64,000 nucleotides of DNA, from contig OZ024743.1 of assembly GCA_964016885.1 (NCBI GenBank), positions 176,948,001 to 177,012,000 of the forward strand, in the 5' to 3' direction. Positions within the stretch are counted from its first letter, which is position 1. Every line of letters begins with the position of its first letter. Under the pieces are notes generated by a model. That model saw nothing but the letters and a program-made list of their open reading frames with translations. It was not told the origin of the DNA and ran no database searches. The DNA is from Eledone cirrhosa. Lineage: Eukaryota. Of the stretch, positions 39,901 to 52,100 are shown in pieces. The position numbers and the translations under genes were made by a program.

Positions 39901-42030
39901 ACCTAAACTGGGGTGTTGAGTCTGTCACTTTCTACCACAGCTGAGATATACCACCTAGACTGGGGTGTTGAATCTGTCACTCCCTACCACAGCTGAGATA
40001 TACCACCTAGACTGGGGTGTAGAGTCTGTCACTCTCTACCACAGCTGAGATATACCACCTAGATGGGGTGTTGAGTCTGTCACTCCCTACCACAGCTGAG
40101 ATATACCACCTAGACTGGGGTGTTGAGTCTGTACCTTTCTACCACAGCTGAGATATACCACCTAGACTGGGGTGTAGAGTCTGTCACTCACTACCACAGC
40201 TGAGATATACCACCTAGACTGGGGTGTTGAGTCAGTCACTCTCTACCACAGCTGAGATATACCACCTGGACTGGGGTGTAGAGTCTGTCACTCCCTACCA
40301 CAGCTGAGATATACCACCTAGACTGGGCTGTAGAGTCTGTCACTCCCTACCACAGCTGAGATATACCACCTAGATGGGGTGTTGAGTCTGTCACTCCCTA
40401 CCACAGCTGAGATATACCACCTAGACTGGGGTGTTGAGTCTGTACCTTTCTACCACAGCTGAGATATACCACCTAGACTGGGGTGTAGAGTCTGTCACTC
40501 ACTACCACAGCTGAGATATACCAACTAGACTGGGGGGTTGAGTCTGTCACTTTCTACCACAGCTGAGATATACCACCTAGACTGGGGTGTAGAGTCTGTC
40601 ACTCTCTACCACAGCTGAGATATACCACCTAGACTGGGGTGTTGAGTTTGTCACTCCTTACCACAGCTGAGATATACCACCTAGACTGGGGTGTAGAGTC
40701 TGTCACTCTCTACCACAGCTGAGATATACCACCTAGACTGGGGTGTAGAGTCTGTTACTCTCTACCACAGCTGAGATATACCACCTAGACTGGGGTGTTG
40801 AGTCTGTCACTCCCTACCAGAGCTGAGATATACCACCTAGACTGGGGTGTTGAGTTTGTCACTCCCTACTTCAGCTGAGATATACCACCTAGACTGGGGT
40901 GTTGAGTCTGTCACTCCCTACCACACCTGAGATATACCACCTAGACTGGGGTGTTGAGTCTGTCACTCCCTACCACAGCTGAGATATACCACCTGGACTG
41001 GGGTGTTGAGTCTGTCACTCCCTACCACAGCTGAGATATACCACCTAGACTGGGGTGTAGAGTCTGTCACTCTCTACCACAGCTGAGATATACCACCTAG
41101 ATGGGGTGTTGAGTCTGTCACTTACAGCTGAGATATACCACCTTGACTGGGGTGTTGAATCTGTCACTCCCTACCACAGCTGAGATATACCACCTAGACT
41201 GGGATGTAGAGTCTGTCACTCCCTACCACAACTGAGATATACCACCTATACTGGGGTGTTGAGTCTGTCACTCTCTACCACAGCTGAGATATACCACCTA
41301 GACTGGGGTGTAGAGTCTGTCACTCCCTACCAGTGCTGAGATATACCACCTAGACTGGGGTGTTGAGTCTGTCACTCCCTACCACAGCTGAGATATACCA
41401 CCTAGACTGGGGTGTTGAGTCTGTCACTCTCTACCACAGCTGAGATATACCACCTAGACAGGGGTGTAGAGTCTGTCACTCCCTACCACAACTGAGATAT
41501 ACCACTTAGACTGGGGTGTTGAGTCTGTCACTTACAGCTGAGATATACCACCTAGACTGGGGTGTAGAGTCTTTCGCTCCCTACCACAGATGAGATATAC
41601 CACCTGGACTGGGGTGTTGAGTCTGTCACTCCCTACCACAGCTGAGATATACCACCTAGACTGGGATGTAGAGTCTGTCACTCCCTACCACAACTGAGAT
41701 ATACCACCTAGACTGGGGCGTTGAGTCTGTCACTCTCTACCACAGCTGAGATATACCACCTAGACTGGGGTGTTGAGTCTGTCACTCTCTACCACAGCTG
41801 AGATATACCACCTGGACTGGGGTGTAGAGTCTGTCACTCCCTACCACAGCTGAGATATACCACCTAGACTGGGCTGTAGAGTCTGTCACTCCCTACCACA
41901 GCTGAGATATACCACCTAGATGGGGTGTTGAGTCTGTCACTCCCTACCACAGCTGAGATATACCACCTAGACTGGGGTGTAGAGTCTGTCACTCACTACC
42001 ACAGCTGAGATATACCAACTAGACTGGGGT
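24210..42030. repeat. About three tandem copies of a ~5.6-7 kb higher-order unit that differ by whole-monomer indels (offsets 5,637, 5,947 and 6,985)
   Basis: TCACGTT occurs at 25434, 31071 and 37018 (offsets 5,637 and 5,947). GACTAGG 29454/35401, ACTGAGG 31001/36948 and TGTAAAG 32151/38098 all show offset 5,947. After an internal 1,038-bp gain the offset becomes 6,985 (AATCT 32986/39971; CTTTCG 34586/41571). Confidence 0.85.
37990..40020. repeat. Internal 20-monomer (1,038 bp) gain with a complex junction
   Basis: CCTCAG-ATATGCC occurs at 38015 and 39053, and the CTGTAAAG variant is in both copies. 20x52 - 2 = 1,038. Confidence 0.85.
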
Positions 42031-45000
42031 GTAGAGTCTGTCACTCTCTACCACAGCTGAGATATACCACCTAGACTGGGGTGTTGAGTTTGTCACTCCT
42101 TACCACAGCTGAGATATACCACCTAGACTGGGGTGTAGAGTCTGTCACTCTCTACCACAGCTGAGATATACCACCTAGACTGGGGTGTTGAGTCTGTCAC
42201 TCCCTACCACAGCTGAGATATACCACCTAAACTGGGGTTTTGAGTCTGTCACTTTCTACCACAGCTGAGATATACCACCTAGACTGGGGTGTTGAATCTG
42301 TCACTCCCTACCACAGCTGAGATATACCACCTAGACTGGGGTGTTTAGTCTGTCACTCTCTACCACAGCTGAGATATACCACCTAGACTGGGGTGGAGAG
42401 TCTGTTACTCTCTACCACAGCTGAGATATACCACCTAGACTGGGATGTAGAGTCTGTCACTCCCTACCACAACTGAGATATACCACCTAGACTGGGGTGT
42501 TGAGTCTGTCACTCTCTACCACAGCTGAGATATACCACCTAGACTGGGGTGTTGAGTCTGTCACTCTCTACCTCAGCTGAGATATGCCACCTGGACTGGG
42601 GTGTAGAGTCTGTCACTCCCTACCACAGCTGAGATATACCACCTAGACTGGGCTGTAAAGTCTGTCACTCCCTACCACAGCACAGATATACCACCTAGAT
42701 GGGGTGTTGAGTCTGTCACTCCCTACCACAGCTGAGATATACCACCTAGACTGGGGTGTTGAGTCTGTACCTTTCTACCACAGCTGAGATATACCACCTA
42801 GACTGGGGTGTAGAGTCTGTCACTCACTACCACAGCTGAGATATACCACCTAGACTGGGGTGTTGAGTCAGTCACTCTCTACCACAGCTGAGATATACCA
42901 CCTGGACTGGGGTGTAGAGTCTGTCACTCCCTACCACAGCTGAGATATACCACCTAGACTGGGCTGTAGAGTCTGTCACTCCCTACCACAGCTGAGATAT
43001 ACCACCTAGATGGGGTGTTGAGTCTGTCACTCCCTACCACAGCTGAGATATACCACCTAGACTGGGGTGTTGAGTCTGTACCTTTCTACCACAGCTGAGA
43101 TATACCACCTAGACTGGGGTGTAGAGTCTGTCACTCACTACCACAGCTGAGATATACCAACTAGACTGGGGTGTTGAGTCTGTCACTTTCTACCACAGCT
43201 GAGATATACCACCTAGACTGGGGTGTAGAGTCTGTCACTCTCTACCACAGCTGAGATATACCACCTAGACTGGGGTGTTGAGTTTGTCACTCCTTACCAC
43301 AGCTGAGATATACCTCCTAGACTGGGGTGTAGAGTCTGTCACTCTCTACCACAGCTGAGATATACCACCTAGACTGGGGTGTTGAGTCTGTCACTCCCTA
43401 CCACAGCTGAGATATACCACCTAAACTGGGGTGTTGAGTCTGTCACTTTCTACCACAGCTGAGATATACCACCTAGACTGGGGTGTTGAATCTGTCACTC
43501 CCTACCACAGCTGAGATATACCACCTAGACTGGGGTGTAGAGTCTGTCACTCTCTACCACAGCTGAGATATACCACCTAGACTGGGGTGTTGAGTCTGTC
43601 ACTCCCTACCACAGCTGAGATATACCACCTGGACTGGGGTGTTGAGTCTGTCACTCCCTACCACAGCTGAGATATACCACCTAGACTGGGGTGTTGAGTT
43701 TGTCACTCCTTACCACAGCTGAGATATACCACCTAGACTGGGGTGTAGAGTCTGTCACTCTCTACCACAGCTGAGATATACCACCTAGACTGGGGTGTAG
43801 AGTCTGTTACTCTCTACCACAGCTGAGATATACCACCTAGACTGGGGTGTTGAGTCTGTCACTCCCTACCAGAGCTGAGATATACCACCTAGACTGGGGT
43901 GTTGAGTTTGTCACTCCCTACTTCAGCTGAGATATACCACCTAGACTGGGGTGTTGAGTCTGTCACTCCCTACCACACCTGAGATATACCACCTAGACTG
44001 GGGTGTTGAGTCTGTCACTCCCTACCACAGCTGAGATATACCACCTGGACTGGGGTGTTGAGTCTGTCACTCCCTACCACAGCTGAGATATACCACCTAG
44101 ACTGGGGTGTAGAGTCTGTCACTCTCTACCACAGCTGAGATATACCACCTAGATGGGGTGTTGAGTCTGTCACTTACAGCTGAGATATACCACCTTGACT
44201 GGGGTGTTGAATCTGTCACTCCCTACCACAGCTGAGATATACCACCTAGACTGGGATGTAGAGTCTGTCACTCCCTACCACAACTGAGATATACCACCTA
44301 TACTGGGGTGTTGAGTCTGTCACTCTCTACCACAGCTGAGATATACCACCTAGACTGGGGTGTAGAGTCTGTCACTCCCTACCAGTGCTGAGATATACCA
44401 CCTAGACTGGGGTGTTGAGTCTGTCACTCCCTACCACAGCTGAGATATACCACCTAGACTGGGGTGTTGAGTCTGTCACTCTCTACCACAGCTGAGATAT
44501 ACCACCTAGACAGGGGTGTAGAGTCTGTCACTCCCTACCACAACTGAGATATACCACTTAGACTGGGGTGTTGAGTCTGTCACTTACAGCTGAGATATAC
44601 CACCTAGACTGGGGTGTAGAGTCTTTCGCTCCCTACCACAGATGAGATATACCACCTAGACTGGGGTGTTGAGTCTGTCACTCCCTACCACAGCTGAGAT
44701 ATACCACCTAGACTGGGATGTAGAGTCTGTCACTCCCTACCACAACTGAGATATACCACCTAGACTGGGGCGTTGAGTCTGTCACTCTCTACCACAGCTG
44801 AGATATACCACCTAGACTGGGGTGTTGAGTCTGTCACTCTCTACCACAGCTGAGATATACCACCTGGACTGGGGTGTAGAGTCTGTCACTCCCTACCACA
44901 GCTGAGATATACCACCTAGACTGGGCTGTAGAGTCTGTCACTCCCTACCACAGCTGAGATATACCACCTAGATGGGGTGTTGAGTCTGTCACTCCCTACC

Positions 45001-45080
45001 ACAGCTGAGATATACCACCTAGACTGGGGTGTAGAGTCTGTCACTCACTACCACAGCTGAGATATACCAACTAGACTGGG
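40600..45080. repeat. Non-adjacent ~1.4-kb segment copy (about 40600-42030 and 43660-45080, offset 3,052)
   Basis: Private variants CTATACT 41246/44298 and GGGCGTT 41719/44771 both show offset 3,052. The intervening ~42030-43570 instead matches the block seen at ~37450-38980 and ~31500-33070 (TGTAAAG at 42654). Confidence 0.8.
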
Positions 45081-46139
45081 GTGTTGAGTCTGTCACTTTC
45101 TACCACAGCTGAGATATACCACCTAGACTGGGGTGTAGAGTCTGTCACTCTCTACCACAGCTGAGATATACCACCTAGACTGGGGTGTTGAGTTTGTCAC
45201 TCCTTACCACAGCTGAGATATACCACCTAGACTGGGGTGTAGAGTCTGTCACTCTCTACCACAGCTGAGATATACCACCTAGACTGGGGTGTTGAGTCTG
45301 TTACTCCCTACCACAGCTGAGATATACCACCTAAACTGGGGTGTTGAGTCTGTCACTTTCTACCACAGCTGAGATATACCACCTAGACTGGGGTGTTGAA
45401 TCTGTCACTCCCTACCACAGCTGAGATATACCACCTAGACTGGGGTGTAGAGTCTGTCACTCTCTACCACAGCTGAGATATACCACCTAGACTGGGGTGT
45501 TTAGTCTGTCACTCTCTACCACAGCTGAGATATACCACCTAGACTGGGGTGTAGAGTCTGTTACTCTCTACCACAGCTGAGATATACCACCTAGACTGGG
45601 GTTTTGAGTCTGTCACTCCCTACCAGAGCTGAGATATACCACCTAGACTGGGGTGTTGAGTTTGTCACTCCCTACTTCAGCTGAGATATACCACCTAGAC
45701 TGGGGTGTTGAGTCTGTCACTCCCTACCACACCTGAGATATACCACCTAGACTGGGGTGTTGAGTCTGTCACTCCCTACCACAGCTGAGATATACCACCT
45801 GGACTGGGGTGTTGAGTCTGTCACTCTCTACCACAGCTGAGATATACCACCTAGACAGGGGTGTAGAGTCTGTCACTCCATACCACAACTGAGATATACC
45901 ACTTAGACTTTGGTGTTGAGTCTGTCACTTACAGCTGAGATATACCACCCTGACTGGGGTGTTGAATCTGTCACTCCCTACCACAGCTGAGATATACCAC
46001 CTAGACTGGGATGTAGAGTCTGTCACTCCCTACCACAACTGAGATATACCACCTAGACTGGGGTGTTGAGTCTGTCACTCTCTACCACAGCTGAGATATA
46101 CCACCTAGACTGGGGTGTTGAGTCTGTCACTCTCTACCA
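44847..46139. repeat. Clean example of the basic 25-monomer (1,293 bp) higher-order unit
   Basis: The distance from one CACCTGGAC/GTAGAG monomer (44847) to the next (46140) is 1,293 bp = 25x52 - 6 - 1. The same variant order recurs in whole or part throughout the window, e.g. 8163-9300, 19782-20930 and 28707-29845. Confidence 0.75.
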
Positions 46140-49100
46140 CAGCTGAGATATGCCACCTGGACTGGGGTGTAGAGTCTGTCACTCCCTACCACAGCTGAGA
46201 TATACCACCTAGACTGGGCTGTAGAGTCTGTTACTCCCTACCACAGCTGAGATATACCACCTAGATGGGGTGTTGAGTCTGTCACTTCCTACCACAGCTG
46301 AGATATACCACCTAGACTGGGGTGTTGAGTCTGTACCTTTCTACCACAGCTGAGATATACCACCTAGACTGGGGTGTAGAGTCTGTCACTCACCACCACA
46401 GCTGAGATATACCACCTAGACTGGGGTGTTGAGTTTGTCACTTTCTACCACAGCTGAGATATACCACCTAGACTGGGGTGTAGAGTCTGTCACTCTCTAC
46501 CACAGCTGAGATATACCACCTAGACTGGGGTGTTGAGTTTGTCACTCCTTACCACAGCTGTGATATACCACCTAGACTGGGGTGTAGAGTCTGTCACTCT
46601 CTACCACAGCTGAGATATACCACCTAGACTGGGGTGTTGAGTCTGCCACTCCCTACCACAGCTGAGATATACCACCTAAACTGGGGTGTTGAGTCTGTCA
46701 CTTTCTACCACAGCTGAGATATACCACCTAGACTGGGGTGTTGAATCTGTCACTCCCTACCACAGCTGCGATATACCACCTAGACTGGGGTGTAGAGTCT
46801 GTCACTCTCTACCACAGCTGAGATATACCACCTAGACTGGGGTGTTTAGTCTGTCACTCTCTACCACAGCTGAGATATACCACCTAGACTGGGGTGTAGA
46901 GTCTGTTACTCTCTACCACAGCTGAGATATACCACCTAGACTGGGGTGTTGAGTTTGTCACTCCCTACCACAGCTGAGATATACCACCTAGACTGGGGTG
47001 TTGAGTCTGTCACTTTCTACCACAGCTGAGATATACCACCTAGACTGGTGTGTTGAGTCTGTCACTCCCTACCACAGCTGAGATATACCACCTAGACTGG
47101 GGTGTTGTGTCTGTCACTCCCTACCAGAGCTGAGATATACCACCTAGACTGGGGCGTTGAGTCTGTCACTCCCTACCACAGCTGAGATATACCACCTAGA
47201 CTGGGGTGTTGAGTCTGTCACTTTCTACCACAGCTGAGATATACCACCTAGACTGGGGTGTTGAATCTGTCACTCTCTACCACAGCTGAGATATACCACC
47301 TAGACTGGGGTGTAGAGTCTGTCACTCCCTACCACAGCTGAGATATACCACCTAGACTGGGGTGGAGAGTCTGTCACTCTCTACCACAACTGAGATATAC
47401 CACCTAGACTGGGGTGTAGAGTCTGTCACTCTCTACCACAGCTGAGATATACCACCTAGACTGGGGTGTAGAGTCTGTTACTCTCTACCACAGCTGAGAT
47501 ATACCACCTAGACTGGGGTGTTGAGTCTGTCACTCCCTACCAGAGCTGAGATATACCACCTAGACTGGGGTGTTGAGTTTGTCACTCCCTACTTCAGCTG
47601 AGATATACCACCTAGACTGGGGTGTTGAGTCTGTCACTCCCTACCACACCTGAGATATACCACCTAGACTGGGGTGTTGAGTCTGTCACTCCCTACCACA
47701 GCTGAGATATACCACCTGGACTGGGGTGTTGAGTCTGTCACTCCCTACCACAGCTGAGATATACCACCTAGACTGGGGTGTAGAGTCTGTCACTCTCTAC
47801 CACAGCTGAGATATACCACCTAGATGGGGTGTTGAGTCTGTCACTTACAGCTGAGATATACCACCTTGACTGGGGTGTTGAATCTGTCACTCCCTACCAC
47901 AGCTGAGATATACCACCTAGACTGGGATGTAGAGTCTGTCACTCCCTACCACAACTGAGATATACCACCTAGACTGGGGTGTTGAGTCTGTCACTCTCTA
48001 CCACAGCTGAGATATACCACCTAGACTGGGGTGTAGAGTCTGTCACTCCCTACCAGTGCTGAGATATACCACCTAGACTGGGGTGTTGAGTCTGTCACTC
48101 CCTACCACAGCTGAGATATACCACCTAGACTGGGGTGTTGAGTCTGTCACTCTCTACCACAGCTGAGATATACCACCTAGACAGGGGTGTAGAGTCTGTC
48201 ACTCCCTACCACAACTGAGATATACCACTTAGACTGGGGTGTTGAGTCTGTCACTTACAGCTGAGATATACCACCTAGACTGGGGTGTAGAGTCTTTCGC
48301 TCCCTACCACAGATGAGATATACCACCTAGACTGGGGTGTTGAGTCTGTCACTCCCTACCACAGCTGAGATATACCACCTAGACTTGGATGTAGAGTCTG
48401 TCACTCCCTACCACAACTGAGATATACCACCTAGACTGGGGTGTTGAGTCTGTCACTCTCTACCACAGCTGAGATATACCACCTAGACTGGGGTGTTGAG
48501 TCTGTCACTCTCTACCACAGCTGAGATATACCACCTGGACTGGGGTGTAGAGTCTGTCACTCCCTACCACAGCTGAGATATACCACCTAGACTGGGCTGT
48601 AGAGTCTGTCACTCCCTACCACAGCTGAGATATACCACCTAGACTGGGGTGTTGAGTTTGTCACTCCTTACCACAGCTGAGATATACCACCTAGACTGGG
48701 GTGTAGAGTCTGTCACTCTCTACCACAGCTGAGATATACCACCTAGACTGGGGTGTTGAGTCTGTCACTCCCTACCACAGCTGAGATATACCACCTAGAC
48801 TGGGGTGTAGAGTCTGTCACTCACTACCACAGCTGAGATATACCAACTAGACTGGGGTGTTGAGTCTGTCACTTTCTACCACAGCTGAGATATACCACCT
48901 AGACTGGGGTGTAGAGTCTGTCACTCTCTACCACAGCTGAGATATACCACCTAGACTGGGGTGTTGAGTTTGTCACTCCTTACCACAGCTGAGATATACC
49001 ACCTAGACTGGGGTGTAGAGTCTGTCACTCTCTACCACAGCTGAGATATACCACCTAGACTGGGGTGTTGAGTCTGTCACTCCCTACCACAGCTGAGATA

Positions 49101-52100
49101 TACCACCTAAACTGGGGTTTTGAGTCTGTCACTTTCTACCACAGCTGAGATATACCACCTAGACTGGGGTGTTGAATCTGTCACTCCCTACCACAGCTGA
49201 GATATACCACCTAGACTGGGGTGTAGAGTCTGTCACTCTCTACCACAGCTGAGATATACCACCTAGACTGGGGTGTAGAGTCTGTTACTCTCTACCACAG
49301 CTGAGATATACCACCTAGACTGGGGTTTTGAGTCTGTCACTCCCTACCAGAGCTGAGATATACCACCTAGACTGGGGTGTTGAGTTTGTCACTCCCTACT
49401 TCAGCTGAGATATACCACCTAGACTGGGGTGTTGAGTCTGTCACTCCCTACCACACCTGAGATATACCACCTAGACTGGGGTGTTGAGTCTGTCACTCCC
49501 TACCACAGCTGAGATATACCACCTGAACTGGGGTGTTGAGTCTGTCACTCTCTACCAGAGCTGAGATATACCACCTAGACTGGGGTGTTGAGTTTGTCAC
49601 TCCCTACTTCAGCTGAGATATACCACCTAGACTGGGGTGTTGAGTCTGTCACTCCCTACCACACCTGAGATATACCACCTAGACAGGGGTGTAGAGTCTG
49701 TCACTCCCTACCACAACTGAGATATACCACTTAGACTTTGGTGTTGAGTCTGTCACTTACAGCTGAGATATACCACCCTGACTGGGGTGTTGAATCTGTC
49801 ACTCCCTACCACAGCTGAGATATACCACCTAGACTGGGATGTAGAGTCTGTCACTCCCTACCACAACTGAGATATACCACCTAGACTGGGGTGTTGAGTC
49901 TATAACTCTCTACCACAGCTGAGATATACCACCTAGACTGGGGTGTTGAGTCTGTCACTCTCTACCACAGCTGAGATATGCCACCTGGACTGGGGTGTAG
50001 AGTCTGTCACTCCCTACCACAGCTGAGATATACCACCTAGACTGGGCTGTAGAGTCTGTTACTCCCTACCACAGCTGAGATATACCACCTAGATGGGGTG
50101 TTGAGTCTGTCACTCCCTACCACAGCTGAGATATACCACCTAGACTGGGGTGTTGAGTCTGTACCTTTCTACCACAGCTGAGATATACCACCTAGACTGG
50201 GGTGTAGAGTCTGTCACTCACCACCACAGCTGAGATATACCACCTAGACTGGGGTGTTGAGTTTGTCACTTTCTACCACAGCTGAGATATACCACCTAGA
50301 CTGGGGTGTAGAGTCTGTCACTCTCTACCACAGCTGAGATATACCACCTAGACTGGGGTGTTGAGTTTGTCACTCCTTACCACAGCTGAGATATACCACC
50401 TAGACTGGGGTGTAGAGTCTGTCACTCTCTACCACAGCTGAGATATACCACCTAGACTGGGGTGTTGAGTCTGTCACTCCCTACCACAGCTGAGATATAC
50501 CACCTAAACTGGGGTGTTGAGTCTGTCACTTTCTACCACAGCTGAGATATACCACCTAGATGGGGTGTTGGTCTGTCACTCCCTACCACAGCTGAGATAT
50601 ACCACCTAGACTGGGGTGTAGAGTCTGTCACTCACTACCACAGCTGAGATATACCAACTAGACTGGGGTGTTGAGTCTGTCACTTTCTACCACAGCTGAG
50701 ATATACCACCTAGACTGGGGTGTAGAGTCTGTCACTCTCTACCACAGCTGAGATATACCACCTAGACTGGGGTGTTGAGTTTGTCACTCCTTACCACAGC
50801 TGAGATATACCACCTAGACTGGGGTGTAGAGTCTGTCACTCTCTACCACAGCTGAGATATACCACCTAGACTGGGGTGTTGAGTCTGTCACTCCCTACCA
50901 CAGCTGAGATATACCACCTAAACTGGGGTGTTGAGTCTGTCACTTTCTACCACAGCTGAGATATACCACCTAGACTGGGGTGTTGAATCTGTCACTCCCT
51001 ACCACAGCTGAGATATACCACCTAGACTGGGGTGTAGAGTCTGTCACTCTCTACCACAGCTGAGATATACCACCTAGACTGGGGTGTTTAGTCTGTCACT
51101 CTCTACCACAGCTGAGATATACCACCTAGACTGGGGTGTAGAGTCTGTTACTCTCTACCACAGCTGAGATATACCACCTAGACTGGGGTTTTGAGTCTGT
51201 CACTCCCTACCAGAGCTGAGATATACCACCTAGACTGGGGTGTTGAGTTTGTCACTCCCTACTTCAGCTGAGATATACCACCTAGACTGGGGTGTTGAGT
51301 CTGTCACTCCCTACCACACCTGAGATATACCACCTAGACTGGGGTGTTGAGTCTGTCACTCCCTACCACAGCTGAGATATACCACCTGGACTGGGGTGTT
51401 GAGTCTGTCACTCTCTACCACAGCTGAGATATACCACCTAGACAGGGGTGTAGAGTCTGTCACTCCATACCACAACTGAGATATACCACTTAGACTTTGG
51501 TGTTGAGTCTGTCACTTACAGCTGAGATATACCACCCTGACTGGGGTGTTGAATCTGTCACTCCCTACCACAGCTGAGATATACCACCTAGACTGGGATG
51601 TAGAGTCTGTCACTCCCTACCACAACTGAGATATACCACCTAGACTGGGGTGTTGAGTCTGTCACTCTCTACCACAGCTGAGATATACCACCTAGACTGG
51701 GGTGTTGAGTCTGTCACTCTCTACCACAGCTGAGATATGCCACCTGGACTGGGGTGTAGAGTCTGTCACTCCCTACCACAGCTGAGATATACCACCTAGA
51801 CTGGGCTGTAGAGTCTGTTACTCCCTACCACAGCTGAGATATACCACCTAGATGGGGTGTTGAGTCTGTCACTCCCTACCACAGCTGAGATATACCACCT
51901 AGACTGGGGTGTTGAGTCTGTACCTTTCTACCACAGCTGAGATATACCACCCAGACTGGGGTGTAGAGTCTGTCACTCACCACCACAGCTGAGATATACC
52001 ACCTAGACTGGGGTGTTGAGTTTGTCACTTTCTACCACAGCTGAGATATACCACCTAGACTGGGGTGTAGAGTCTGTCACTCTCTACCACAGCTGAGATA

